Shown: in pieces, positions 1 to 9,215 of the stretch
Layout: each line of letters opens with the position of its first letter
How positions within the stretch are numbered: position 1 is the first letter of the stretch
NCBI GenBank assembly: GCA_016283885.1
Contig: JAEENR010000223.1
Coordinates: 1-38,438 of the forward strand
Length of the DNA: 38,438 bases
Origin: Verrucomicrobiota bacterium
GTDB taxonomy: Bacteria; Verrucomicrobiota; Verrucomicrobiia; Limisphaerales; UBA1412
Direction of reading: 5' to 3'
Position numbers and translations under genes: made by a program
The notes under the pieces: generated by a model
Databases searched by the model: none
The model's input: only the letters and a program-made list of their open reading frames with translations
What the model was told of the DNA's origin: nothing

Positions 1-1
1 G

Positions 2-1549
2 TCCGTGCTGAGTTTCCTCGGCGCAGGGTTCGCGATCCTGGCGGTGATGCAGAATGATTTTATTCTGTTCTTTACATTCCTGCTGCTGCATACGATCTGC
101 TACATGCCGACTCTTCCTTTGGCCAATTCTCTTTCTTTCAAACATTTGGATAATCCGGGCGAACAGTTCCCCTACATCCGTGTGTTCGGCAGTCTGGGAT
201 GGATCGCGGCCGGTTTCATCATTTCCGCGCTGCATTATGACACATCTGCCGGAATGTTCTATGTGACAGCGGCTTTCAGCGCGGCAATGGGTCTCTACTG
301 CTTGACTCTGCCTCATACACCTCCGGTCCAGAGCGATAAGAAACCCACGGTTCACGACATTTTGGGACTGGACGCGCTGGCTCTGCTCAAAGACCGCAAT
401 GTGCTGGTATTCATGCTGGGTTCGTTCCTCACCTGTATCCCCATCACTTTCTACTTCAACGAAACAGGTTTGTATCTGGCCGAGAGCGGCATCGAGAAGA
501 TCGCCATGACGATGACCATCGGTCAGTGGATCGAGGTCGGCTTCTTCCTGATCATGCCCATCATGTTCAAGGAATTGGGCATCAAGAAGGTGCTGCTTCT
601 GGGTATGCTCTGCTGGGTGCTGCGTCTGAGCTGCTTCGGCCAGGCCGCGGGAACCACGGGCAACCTCTGGTGGATGATCATCATGGGTATCGCTCTGCAC
701 GGTATGGCTTATGACTTCTTCTTTGTCTCCGGGCAGATCTATATCGACAAGCGCGCTCCGGAAGCTATCCGCAGCAACGCTCAGGGATTCCTCTACTTCA
801 TGACACTGGGTGCCGGTTTCTATGTAGGCAGTCTGGTCGTAGCCGCTGTGAACGCTCACTACAGCTCTGTGGTGGAGAAGATCGCGGCTGACGGAACGAT
901 CCAGAGTATTACCCAGTTTGACTGGAACGGGATATGGTACTTTGCCGCGATCCTGTCCGTTGTTATTTTCCTGCTCTTCGCTTTCGCGTTCAAAGACCAG
1001 ACAGACGAGAAAGAAGTGGCTGCCCGCCGTCCGATGCGCGCCTGGGGTGTTATTGCCTGCATCGTGGTCATCATGTTCGCTTTGAGCTTTGGTCTGCAGT
1101 ACGCTTCCCAGAAGGACGCGACCTGCGCCGGTTACTGGACAGGCAGTGACAAGTCCGGAGCTAAGATCGCCCTGGATATTACTACCACTAAAGCCAATGC
1201 AGTCACTACCGGAAGCATCATCCTGACTCAGACCGAGATCAACGGAACGGTCACCTATCAGACCGGTGCGATCGAAGACATGAAGGGAACAGTCTATCCC
1301 GATGTCAATCCGGATAGACACCTGGTCGTCTTCCCTGTGACGGTGTACAGCAATGAAAAGACCACCACGAAGGATGCTGAAGGCAAGGAAGTTACTTCCG
1401 CCACGGTGCTGAAGAAGGGTACCGGCTATCTGAACTGGGTGAAGAACAATAATACACTTTCTTATCAATTCGTTCCTGAAGGAGAAGAACTCAAACCGGG
1501 GAACGAGGTCATGCTGGAACACACCGTAAGAGTGTATAAAAAGAATTAA
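2..1549 (+). CDS. MFS nucleoside:H+ symporter (NupG/XapB-like), 5'-truncated, with an extra C-terminal TM helix and soluble domain
   Basis: Family motifs CYMPTLPLANS, FPYIRVFGSLGWI, LGLDALALLKDRN, HGMAYDFFFVSGQIYID, IRSNAQG; multiple TM helices; frame open to the window edge. Confidence 0.85.
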   Translation, partial: SVLSFLGAGFAILAVMQNDFILFFTFLLLHTICYMPTLPLANSLSFKHLDNPGEQFPYIRVFGSLGWIAAGFIISALHYDTSAGMFYVTAAFSAAMGLYCLTLPHTPPVQSDKKPTVHDILGLDALALLKDRNVLVFMLGSFLTCIPITFYFNETGLYLAESGIEKIAMTMTIGQWIEVGFFLIMPIMFKELGIKKVLLLGMLCWVLRLSCFGQAAGTTGNLWWMIIMGIALHGMAYDFFFVSGQIYIDKRAPEAIRSNAQGFLYFMTLGAGFYVGSLVVAAVNAHYSSVVEKIAADGTIQSITQFDWNGIWYFAAILSVVIFLLFAFAFKDQTDEKEVAARRPMRAWGVIACIVVIMFALSFGLQYASQKDATCAGYWTGSDKSGAKIALDITTTKANAVTTGSIILTQTEINGTVTYQTGAIEDMKGTVYPDVNPDRHLVVFPVTVYSNEKTTTKDAEGKEVTSATVLKKGTGYLNWVKNNNTLSYQFVPEGEELKPGNEVMLEHTVRVYKKN

Positions 1550-1576
1550 CGATAAATTATTTTATTCTTGTAGATT

Positions 1577-2968
1577 ATGAAAAAAATCGAATGTAAACAT
1601 GGGATTTCCAGAAGACATTTTCTGGGAGCGTCTGCGCTGGCGGCGACAGCATTTACTATCGTCCCCGGCAGTGTTATAGGTTTGAACGGAGCTTCTCCGT
1701 CCAGTGAACGTGTCAGGATCGCCGGCATTGGTATCGGCGGCCAGGGCGGACATGATATCCGCAATCTGGCATCGATCCCGGATGTGGATATCGTGGCGCT
1801 TTGCGATGTGGATTGGGACAAAGCGGCAGGGATCTTCAATCAATTCCCTAAGGCCAAGCGTTACAAAGACTACCGCAAGATGCTGGATGAAATGGAAGAT
1901 CAGATCGACGCGGTCGTGGTCGGAACACCCGATCACACTCACGCTCCGGCCAGCATTTCCGCTATCCGCCGCAAGAAACATGTTTATTGCGAAAAACCTT
2001 TGACCCACACGATGTATGAATCCATGTGGGTGATGAAGGAAGCCCGCAAGTACGGTGTCGCTACACAGATGGGCAACCAGGGACAGGCTTCGGAAGATAC
2101 CTATCGCCTTTGTGAAATGATCCAGGCCGGAGCCATTGGCAAAGTCCGTGAGCTCCATGTTTGGACAGACCGTCCTTCCAACGGCCTCTTTGGTGAATAC
2201 TGGCCGCAGGGTGTGAACCGCCCGCAGGGAACACCGGAAGTTCCGAAGAATCTGGATTGGGATCTCTGGCTGGGTACCGCTCCTGCTCGTCCGTATAATC
2301 CTGCTTATCATCCGTTTGTATGGCGCGGTTGGTGGGATTTCGGAACCGGTGCTCTGGGTGATATCGGATGTCACTTCTATGCGCCTATTTTCCGTGCCTG
2401 CGGTCTGACGGGTCACTATCCCAAGACTGTCCATGCGGTCTCCACTCGTGTGAATGAGGAAACATTCCCGTTGGGTTCCGTGGTGGAATGGCAGTTCGAC
2501 AGCTATGACGGCAAACCGCCTCTGAAGATGGTATGGTACGATGGTGGTCTGCGTCCGTTCCGTCCCGACATCGTTCCCGAAGGTGTCGCGATGGCCGAAA
2601 ACGGTCGTCTGATCATTGGCGATGAAGGTATGATCCTGGATTCGACCATCTTTGATGAGAAACGCCGTAAAGAAGTAGGGGACATTCCCAAGACATTGGA
2701 ACGTTCTCCGGGTCACTATCAGGAATTCGTCATTGCCTGTAAAGATCCGAAGACACCGGCCCGCATGAATTTCGACCAGGCCGCTCCTTTGGCGGAAGTC
2801 GTTCTGATGGGCAATGTGGCTCTGAGAATGGGCCTGCGCGAGGATCTGACCCGCATCCGTCTGCATTGGGATCAGGAACAGTTCAAGTTCACAAATTCCA
2901 AGGAAGCCACTGAGTACGTCCATAAGTCGTATCGTGACGGCTGGAAAATAGAGGGTTGTGAACTTTAA
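1577..2968 (+). CDS. Gfo/Idh/MocA family oxidoreductase with Tat signal peptide
   Basis: SRRHFL twin-arginine motif; GIGIGGQG Rossmann motif; TPDHTH, HVYCEKPL, TQMGNQ, WRGWWDFGTGALGDIGCH. Confidence 0.92.
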   Translation: MKKIECKHGISRRHFLGASALAATAFTIVPGSVIGLNGASPSSERVRIAGIGIGGQGGHDIRNLASIPDVDIVALCDVDWDKAAGIFNQFPKAKRYKDYRKMLDEMEDQIDAVVVGTPDHTHAPASISAIRRKKHVYCEKPLTHTMYESMWVMKEARKYGVATQMGNQGQASEDTYRLCEMIQAGAIGKVRELHVWTDRPSNGLFGEYWPQGVNRPQGTPEVPKNLDWDLWLGTAPARPYNPAYHPFVWRGWWDFGTGALGDIGCHFYAPIFRACGLTGHYPKTVHAVSTRVNEETFPLGSVVEWQFDSYDGKPPLKMVWYDGGLRPFRPDIVPEGVAMAENGRLIIGDEGMILDSTIFDEKRRKEVGDIPKTLERSPGHYQEFVIACKDPKTPARMNFDQAAPLAEVVLMGNVALRMGLREDLTRIRLHWDQEQFKFTNSKEATEYVHKSYRDGWKIEGCEL

Positions 2969-2990
2969 TCTTCGGATTTGATATTTTCGG

Positions 2991-3020
2991 GGGAGACCGC
3001 TCAAAGGTCTCCCTTTTTTT
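2991..3020 (+). terminator. Rho-independent terminator
   Basis: GGGAGACC-gctcaaa-GGTCTCCC followed by T7, 22 nt after the oxidoreductase stop. Confidence 0.9.
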
Positions 3021-3056
3021 ATTGAGAAATTTTATTGAGAAAAAGGCCATACATAT

Positions 3057-3087
3057 TTAGACTTGAGAGGCTTTATTGTTACAATAA
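3057..3087 (+). promoter_or_regulatory. Putative sigma70 promoter of the RND operon with overlapping inverted repeat
   Basis: TTAGAC(3057-3062)-N17-TACAAT(3080-3085) with extended TG; palindrome TTATTGT-T-ACAATAA covers the -10. Confidence 0.55.
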
Positions 3088-3115
3088 GAGTCAAAGCCAA
3101 TTTATTGGATGATCA

Positions 3116-4336
3116 ATGAACACGAAAAGATTTGAAACTGTATTGAGCGCTCTTTGCGCTGTGAGTCTGGCCTTGTCTATAGGGGCGGGCTGCTCTAAAC
3201 AGAAAAATGAAACAACGATGGAGATAAAAGGTCCTAATGTGGAAATAATGACCTTGCATCCAACGAATTACTTGGGCTATGTAGAAGTTGTGGGAAATAT
3301 AGAGTCTCCGGCCACAGTAGAGTTTCAGGCTCAGGTTTCAGGCTATCTCAAGAGTGTTTCTCCCAAGGAAGGCTTTACGGTCAAATCGAATGAACTGCTG
3401 TTTGAGATCGATCCTTCTCTCTATGAGGCGGCCAGGAAGGCCGCGGAAGCCCAGCTGGCCATAGATGAGGCCAAATCGGCTCACGCGGACGCGGATCTGA
3501 GACGTGGAAAGGAACTTTTGGATCAGGAAGTCATTTCCCAGGCACGGTATGACGAATATGATGCCGCTGCTAAGGAATGTGCGGCCGCCGTCTTGTCATC
3601 CAAAGCCAAACTGCATTCGGCTGAACTGGATCTGAGCTACACAGAGATTCGGGCTCCGTATCAGGGGCTGCTGGGTGAGATCAAGGTGCGTCCGGGCAAT
3701 CTGGTCAATTCCGGTTCTACGACGCTGGGATCGATGAATGTAACAGATCCGATGTGGGTGAGCTTCCCGCTGAGTGAGCAGATTTATATCATGAGCACCA
3801 CCAATGGGGTTTTCAAAGTCACTACGGATGAAAACGGGCATGAGTCTTTCAAAGAAAATGATGCTGATATTGCCGATATTGAGCTGGTGATGGTGGATGG
3901 AACGACTTATTCCCACAAAGGATCGGTTTTCTTCGTGGATCGTGAATTCAGCGCGGCGACCGGAACTCTGAAAGTGAAAGCGAAATTTCCGAATCCGGAA
4001 GGACATTTGCGTCCGAATCAGTTCGCGAGAGTACGGATACCGGCGGCCACCTATACCAATGTATTCGTGATCCCCCAGGCAGCGACGATGCAGGTGCAGA
4101 GCATCACGATGGCTTACGCCTTGGGCGAGGATAACAAGGTTTCTATGAGACCTTTGAAAGTGGAACACACGGCAAACAATGAGATGATCATTTCCGATGG
4201 ATTGAAAGATGGAGAAAAGATTGTCGTGAAAGGTCTTTTGAAACTGAGAAACGGGATGACAGTAACACCGGTCACATCGGAAGAATCAGCTGAAGTGAAG
4301 TCGGGCGTGCCTCAAAAGGAAGCTTCTAACTCTTGA
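3116..4336 (+). CDS. RND efflux periplasmic adaptor (AcrA/MexA-like membrane fusion lipoprotein)
   Basis: Lipobox-like GAGC; QVSGYL, LLFEIDP, LDLSYTEIRAP, TGTLKVKAKFPNPEGHLRPNQFARV; directly upstream of an RND permease. Confidence 0.93.
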   Translation: MNTKRFETVLSALCAVSLALSIGAGCSKQKNETTMEIKGPNVEIMTLHPTNYLGYVEVVGNIESPATVEFQAQVSGYLKSVSPKEGFTVKSNELLFEIDPSLYEAARKAAEAQLAIDEAKSAHADADLRRGKELLDQEVISQARYDEYDAAAKECAAAVLSSKAKLHSAELDLSYTEIRAPYQGLLGEIKVRPGNLVNSGSTTLGSMNVTDPMWVSFPLSEQIYIMSTTNGVFKVTTDENGHESFKENDADIADIELVMVDGTTYSHKGSVFFVDREFSAATGTLKVKAKFPNPEGHLRPNQFARVRIPAATYTNVFVIPQAATMQVQSITMAYALGEDNKVSMRPLKVEHTANNEMIISDGLKDGEKIVVKGLLKLRNGMTVTPVTSEESAEVKSGVPQKEASNS

Positions 4337-4368
4337 TTTCTAATTTCAATTTCTAGAGAATCATCACT

Positions 4369-7300
4369 ATGGCAAAGTTTTTCATTTACCGCCCAGTTTT
4401 CGCGATGGCAATGTCCATTGTGATCCTGATCATGGGCCTGGTGAGTTTAACCAGACTGCCGGTGGCGCAGTTTCCGAATGTAGCGCCGCCTACGGTATGT
4501 GTGACGGCTAGTTATCCCGGTGCTAATGCCCGTGTGGTAGAAGATACGGTTGCCCGTCCCATTGAAGAGCAGATGAATGGTGTGGAGGGAATGATCTATA
4601 TGTATTCCTCTAACACGGACGACGGCCAGTCGTCCATCAATGTTGTTTTTGAAACGGGTTATGATCTGGATATCGCGGCTGTGGATGTTCAGAACCGTGT
4701 TTCCCAGGCTCAGGCTTCTCTGCCTTCCGAAGTGGTCAGTCAGGGTATCACCATCACCAAACAGTCCCCAAACATCCTTTTGATGGGGGCTTTGTATGCG
4801 GATGAGGACAAGGCGGACCTATATGATTCTGTCTTTCTGAATAATTATGCCTATTTGAATATCGTCACAGAACTGAAACGTGTGACAGGTGTGGGTGAAG
4901 TCAGCTTGTTCACGGCTCAGGATTATTCCATGCGCTATTGGCTCAATCCCGATAAAATGGCTCAGATGGGTGTGGATGCCAGTGATGTGTATAGTGCTGT
5001 CTCCGAGCAGAACCGTGAAGCTGCCAGTGGTCAGGTCGGTTACCCGCCGGCTGTGCCGGGAACGGCTTTTTCCAAGACGGTGAAAATGAAAGGGCGTCTG
5101 GTGGAAGAACAGGAGTTTGGGGATGTCATCATTCGTGCGGATAAGGATGGTTCTATGCTGAGAGCAAAGGATCTGGGCGATGTGGAACTGGGCAGCCGTC
5201 TTTATAAATCTTCCGGTCACTATAAGCAGAGGAATGCAGCCCTGATGGCTGTTTATCAGTTGTCAGATGCCAATGGTGTGGCTACTGCTAAGCTGGTACG
5301 CCAAAAATTGGCCGAAATCGAGAAGAATTTTCCGGATGGTCTGCATTTTGATTTTCCTTATGACAGCACCGTGTTTATCAATGCTTCTGTCCATGAAACC
5401 ATTGAAACGCTTTTTGAGGCGTTTGGACTGGTTTTCATCGTTGTTTTCGTTTTCCTGGGGAATTTCCGTGCAACGATCGTTCCCATCATTGCGGTCCCGA
5501 TCTCCATTATAGGTACCTTCGCGGTCTTTGGTCCGCTGGGATTCGGCATCAATACTATGACGATGTTTGCTATGGTGCTGGCTATTGGTATCGTGGTAGA
5601 TGACGCTATTGTCGTTGTGGAAGCGGTAGAATTGTATTTAAGCAAGGGGAAAACACCTTTGCAGGCTACACTCGCGGCGATGGAAGACGTTTCCGGTGCG
5701 GTAGTAGGTGTTGCTCTGGTGCTGGTTTCGGTGTTCATCCCTGTGGCCTTTTTGGGAGGTATCACGGGAATGCTTTACAAACAATTTGCTATCACTCTGG
5801 CGGTTTCGGTGATGCTGTCCGCTTTTGTGGCACTGAGCTTGACTCCGGCCTTGTGCGTTATGATCCTGCGTCCGCGCAAAAAGGACAGCAAGAGTCCCAT
5901 CGCGATCTTTTCCCGCTGGTTCGATAAGATATTTGAAAAGACGACCCATGGTTATCAGGCGCTGTCCGCACTTCTGATCCGCAGAGTAGTGATTTGTCTG
6001 CTGCTGTTGTGCGGGCTTTATTTTGGAGCTTTGAAGCTGGCAATGACGACTCCGACATCTTTTGTGCCTACGGAGGATCAGGGCGTTATTTTCGGTGTCG
6101 GTATGCTGCCGCCGGGTTCCAGTCTGGAAAGGACTCAGGCCTATATGGAAAAGGTGGAGAAATATCTCTATAGCTTGCCAGAGGTACAGGATGTGATCAG
6201 CATCAGCGGCCTGAATCTGTTCCAGACTGAGTACAGCACTTATTACGGTTCTGTTGTTGTGACGTTAAAGAATTGGGAGGAAAGACCTCTGCCGGAACAG
6301 AAGGTTGATTATTTGCTCCAGAAGATTTCCATGGAGCTGAACAAGTTCCCTGACGCGATATTTGCTGCGGGTGGTGCCCCGGCCATCAGCGGTTTAGGAA
6401 TGGTAGACGGTGTCCAGTTCGAGTTGCAGGACCGCAGAGGTGTAGAGCCCCAGGATCTGGAATTGGTGACAAATGATTTTCTGGAGAAACTCGCTGCCAG
6501 GGAAGATATGTTTTCCTCGGCTATTACTTTCTACAGCACACAGGTTCCTGAAGTTTATGTGGATCTGGACAGAGATAAAATGAAAAAGCTTCAAGTGCCG
6601 CTCGATCGTCTTTATACCTCGCTGCAGGTCTATCTGGGCAGTGCTTATGTGAATCAGTTCACACGGTTCGCCCGTAATTTCCAAATATACTTACAGGCCA
6701 AGCCCGAATATCGCATGAACGAAAAGGATATTGGGAACATCTATGTCAAGAGCGACAAAGGTGAAATGGTCCCGGTCAACACTTTGGCCACGATCGTCGC
6801 GACAAATGGTGCGGACAGTTTGAGACACTATAACATGTATCGTACAGCGGAGCTCCAGATCCAGACCATGCCAGGGGTCAGCTCCGGTACGGCCATGAAT
6901 ACCATTGAGCAGATGGCTCAGGAAAGTCTGCCCGAAGGTTTTGGCTATGAATGGACAGGCATCGCATATCAAGAGAAACAGACGACAACCGCGCAGCAGA
7001 TCGCTGTGTTCGTTTTGGCGCTGGTTTTCGTGTTCCTGGTTCTGTCCGCGCTGTACGAGAGCTGGGCGGTTCCGTTCTCGGTGATTTTTGGTCTGCCGAT
7101 CGGTGTTCTGGGCGCGTTCCTGGGAGTATTTATGCGCGGGATGCCCAACGATGTCTATTTCCAGATTGGTCTGGTCATGCTCCTGGGTCTGGCGGCCAAG
7201 AACGCCATTCTGATCGTGGAATATGCCAAGGTGCGCCGTGACAAGGGAATGGATATTGAAAAAGCGGCCATTGAGGCGGCCGGACTGCGTTTGCGTCCGA

Positions 7301-7509
7301 TTCTGATGACTTCATTCGCCTTTCTGTTTGGTGTGCTGCCGCTGGTGATCGCTTCCGGTGCCTGCGCGGCCAGCCGTCAGTCTCTGGGTACGACCGTCTT
7401 TTTCGGCATGACGCTGGCCAGTGCGCTGGGAATTTTCTTCATTCCGGCATTGTACGTTTATATCCAGAAACTTGCTGAAAAAATATCACCTCCCAAGAAG
7501 CGGGAATAA
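4369..7509 (+). CDS. RND efflux permease, HAE1 family (AcrB/MexB-like)
   Basis: 1046 aa; MAKFFIYRPVFA start; proton-relay motifs GIVVDDAIVVVE, AKNAILIVE, RLRPILMT. Confidence 0.96.
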   Translation: MAKFFIYRPVFAMAMSIVILIMGLVSLTRLPVAQFPNVAPPTVCVTASYPGANARVVEDTVARPIEEQMNGVEGMIYMYSSNTDDGQSSINVVFETGYDLDIAAVDVQNRVSQAQASLPSEVVSQGITITKQSPNILLMGALYADEDKADLYDSVFLNNYAYLNIVTELKRVTGVGEVSLFTAQDYSMRYWLNPDKMAQMGVDASDVYSAVSEQNREAASGQVGYPPAVPGTAFSKTVKMKGRLVEEQEFGDVIIRADKDGSMLRAKDLGDVELGSRLYKSSGHYKQRNAALMAVYQLSDANGVATAKLVRQKLAEIEKNFPDGLHFDFPYDSTVFINASVHETIETLFEAFGLVFIVVFVFLGNFRATIVPIIAVPISIIGTFAVFGPLGFGINTMTMFAMVLAIGIVVDDAIVVVEAVELYLSKGKTPLQATLAAMEDVSGAVVGVALVLVSVFIPVAFLGGITGMLYKQFAITLAVSVMLSAFVALSLTPALCVMILRPRKKDSKSPIAIFSRWFDKIFEKTTHGYQALSALLIRRVVICLLLLCGLYFGALKLAMTTPTSFVPTEDQGVIFGVGMLPPGSSLERTQAYMEKVEKYLYSLPEVQDVISISGLNLFQTEYSTYYGSVVVTLKNWEERPLPEQKVDYLLQKISMELNKFPDAIFAAGGAPAISGLGMVDGVQFELQDRRGVEPQDLELVTNDFLEKLAAREDMFSSAITFYSTQVPEVYVDLDRDKMKKLQVPLDRLYTSLQVYLGSAYVNQFTRFARNFQIYLQAKPEYRMNEKDIGNIYVKSDKGEMVPVNTLATIVATNGADSLRHYNMYRTAELQIQTMPGVSSGTAMNTIEQMAQESLPEGFGYEWTGIAYQEKQTTTAQQIAVFVLALVFVFLVLSALYESWAVPFSVIFGLPIGVLGAFLGVFMRGMPNDVYFQIGLVMLLGLAAKNAILIVEYAKVRRDKGMDIEKAAIEAAGLRLRPILMTSFAFLFGVLPLVIASGACAASRQSLGTTVFFGMTLASALGIFFIPALYVYIQKLAEKISPPKKRE

Positions 7510-7543
7510 AGGATATCAAGGAAGATATTTATGAACTGGTGTG

Positions 7544-7573
7544 TTGACTTTGTTCGTGGGAATCAGTTATAAT
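7544..7573 (+). promoter_or_regulatory. Near-consensus sigma70 promoter, probably driving the arg operon leader
   Basis: TTGACT(7544-7549)-N18-TATAAT(7568-7573). Confidence 0.6.
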
Positions 7574-7748
7574 CACACCGTTCTAACGATTTTAGGGCGG
7601 AACGTTTGAGTTACGAATTAGTTCCGCCCTTATTCCATTCAAAAGAAGAGAATTATGTCCCCGAAAACGGCTGTGGATAAAATTTTTTATTTTTCAGCGC
7701 GGAATCGGGTTGACTTTTTGTCCGTATCATGTTGATGTATTGGGGTGT

Positions 7749-7880
7749 GCGGTTGTCAGAGATTGACCTGCAAGAGGTATTGTTTTTACTGCCGATGATT
7801 CTTTAGACGAACGGGGAGACCCTTCATAAAAAGATTCATTGGGAGGTGCTTTTTATTTTCCCTTTTTTCTTTTATTTTTA
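7749..7880 (+). promoter_or_regulatory. Candidate structured cis-regulatory RNA in the argJ 5' leader (unclassified)
   Basis: Three hand-folded stems, including a long stem 7792-7842 (CCGAUGA/UCAUUGG) capped by GGG-GAGA-CCC (GNRA tetraloop), followed by a U-rich tract before argJ. Confidence 0.4.
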
Positions 7881-7902
7881 CTGAGACGATTATTTTTTAT
7901 TC

Positions 7903-9213
7903 ATGGAACCATTGTTCAAGATATTGCCCAATGAAGGGGTGACCGCTCCGGCTGGTTTTCGTGCCGGTGGCGTTTTCTGTGATATCAAGCGTTTGGGTAC
8001 GGGAAAAGGCTCCAGCAAGGGGCAGAAACGTGATTTGGCGGTTCTGTATTCTGCGGTGGATGCCAGTGTGGCCGGGATGTTCACGACGAATCAGGTCTGC
8101 GCGGCTCCGGTGAAGGTTTCCGAGTCGCGTGTGCCCGGCGGTGTGGCGCGCGCGGTGGTGGCCAATTCCGGCAACGCGAATGCCTGCACGGGTGAACAGG
8201 GTATCCGGGACGCGCGGCGTATGACTGAGCTGACAGCGGAACTGCTGGGGATCGAGGCCGAAAAGGTGCTGGTCTGTTCTACAGGACGTATCGGCGTGCA
8301 GATGCCGATGGAGAATGTGGAACGGGGCATCCGGATGGCTTTGGAGACGGCTTCGGATACAGCGGAGTCGGCTCATTTTGCTGCGGAAGCGATCATGACC
8401 AGCGACAATGTTTCCAAGGAGACAGCGGTAGAACTGGTTCTGGGAGGCAAGACAGTCCGTGTGGCGGGCATGTGTAAAGGTGCCGGTATGATCCAGCCGG
8501 GCATGAGCGCGACCGGCAAACGTCCGGCAGCGACACCGAGACAGCTCCACGCGACGATGCTGGGCTTTATCACAACGGACGCGGCGATCGAGCCGAAGAT
8601 CCTCCAGATCGCATTGGAAGACGCTGTGGCCAATAGCTTCAACCGTATTTCTGTGGATGGTGACATGAGTACGAATGATACGGTGCTGGCACTGGCCAAC
8701 GGATTGGCCGGCAATCCCCGGATCACCAGCATAGAATCGGATGATTTTAAACATTTCAGCCAGGCTTTAGCCCATGTCTGTCTGGCTTTGGCGCATAAGA
8801 TGGTGCGTGATGGGGAGGGTGTTTCCCGCTTTATCACCATCCGCCTGGAAGGAGCCGAGACTTTTGCGGACGCTGATGCGGCGGTTCGCGCGGTGGCCAA
8901 CAGCGCTCTGGTCAAGACCAGCTGGTGCGGCGGCGATCCGAACTGGGGACGCGTGCTGGACGCGATCGGTTATTCCTCCGCACATGTGGATGAAAACAAG
9001 GTAGATCTGGCCTACAGTCTGCCTGGTGACAGCAATATCGTTTACGTTCTGAAGGCCGGTCAGCCGACGGATATCCCTCTGGCAACCGTGCAGAAAATCA
9101 CTCAGCAGAAGGAGTTCGATTTGCATATTTTCTTGAATCTGGGAAAGGTCAGTACGCTGTTCTATACGGCGGATCTGACGGAAGAATACGTGGATTTTAA
9201 CAAAGGTGAATAG
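7903..9213 (+). CDS. argJ: Ornithine acetyltransferase / N-acetylglutamate synthase
   Basis: [37 protein letters not shown] autocleavage site, [20 protein letters not shown]. Confidence 0.97.
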   Translation: MEPLFKILPNEGVTAPAGFRAGGVFCDIKRLGTGKGSSKGQKRDLAVLYSAVDASVAGMFTTNQVCAAPVKVSESRVPGGVARAVVANSGNANACTGEQGIRDARRMTELTAELLGIEAEKVLVCSTGRIGVQMPMENVERGIRMALETASDTAESAHFAAEAIMTSDNVSKETAVELVLGGKTVRVAGMCKGAGMIQPGMSATGKRPAATPRQLHATMLGFITTDAAIEPKILQIALEDAVANSFNRISVDGDMSTNDTVLALANGLAGNPRITSIESDDFKHFSQALAHVCLALAHKMVRDGEGVSRFITIRLEGAETFADADAAVRAVANSALVKTSWCGGDPNWGRVLDAIGYSSAHVDENKVDLAYSLPGDSNIVYVLKAGQPTDIPLATVQKITQQKEFDLHIFLNLGKVSTLFYTADLTEEYVDFNKGE

Positions 9214-9215
9214 AT

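Noticed and set aside
1562-3004. 480-aa minus-strand ORF, and similar long antisense ORFs over argJ, argB, argF, tolC, the sigma54 regulator and hisD
   Set aside because: They are antisense shadows of well-supported genes and show no recognisable motifs.
7741-7860. Assignment of the argJ leader to lysine, SAM-I, TPP or T-box classes
   Set aside because: Only short words match (AGAGGU/GCCGA, CAAGAG/CCGAUGA/AGGUGCU, GGGGUG). The lysine P2 loop-E/kink and P4/P5, the SAM-I GAGGGA and GCAAC, the TPP CUGAGA/CUGAU core and the T-box UGGNACC are all missing.
7655-7900. Arg-rich attenuator peptide or ArgR (ARG) box upstream of argJ
   Set aside because: The short ORFs contain at most one Arg codon, and TTCATAAAAAGATTCA does not fit the TGMAT-W4-ATKCA spacing.
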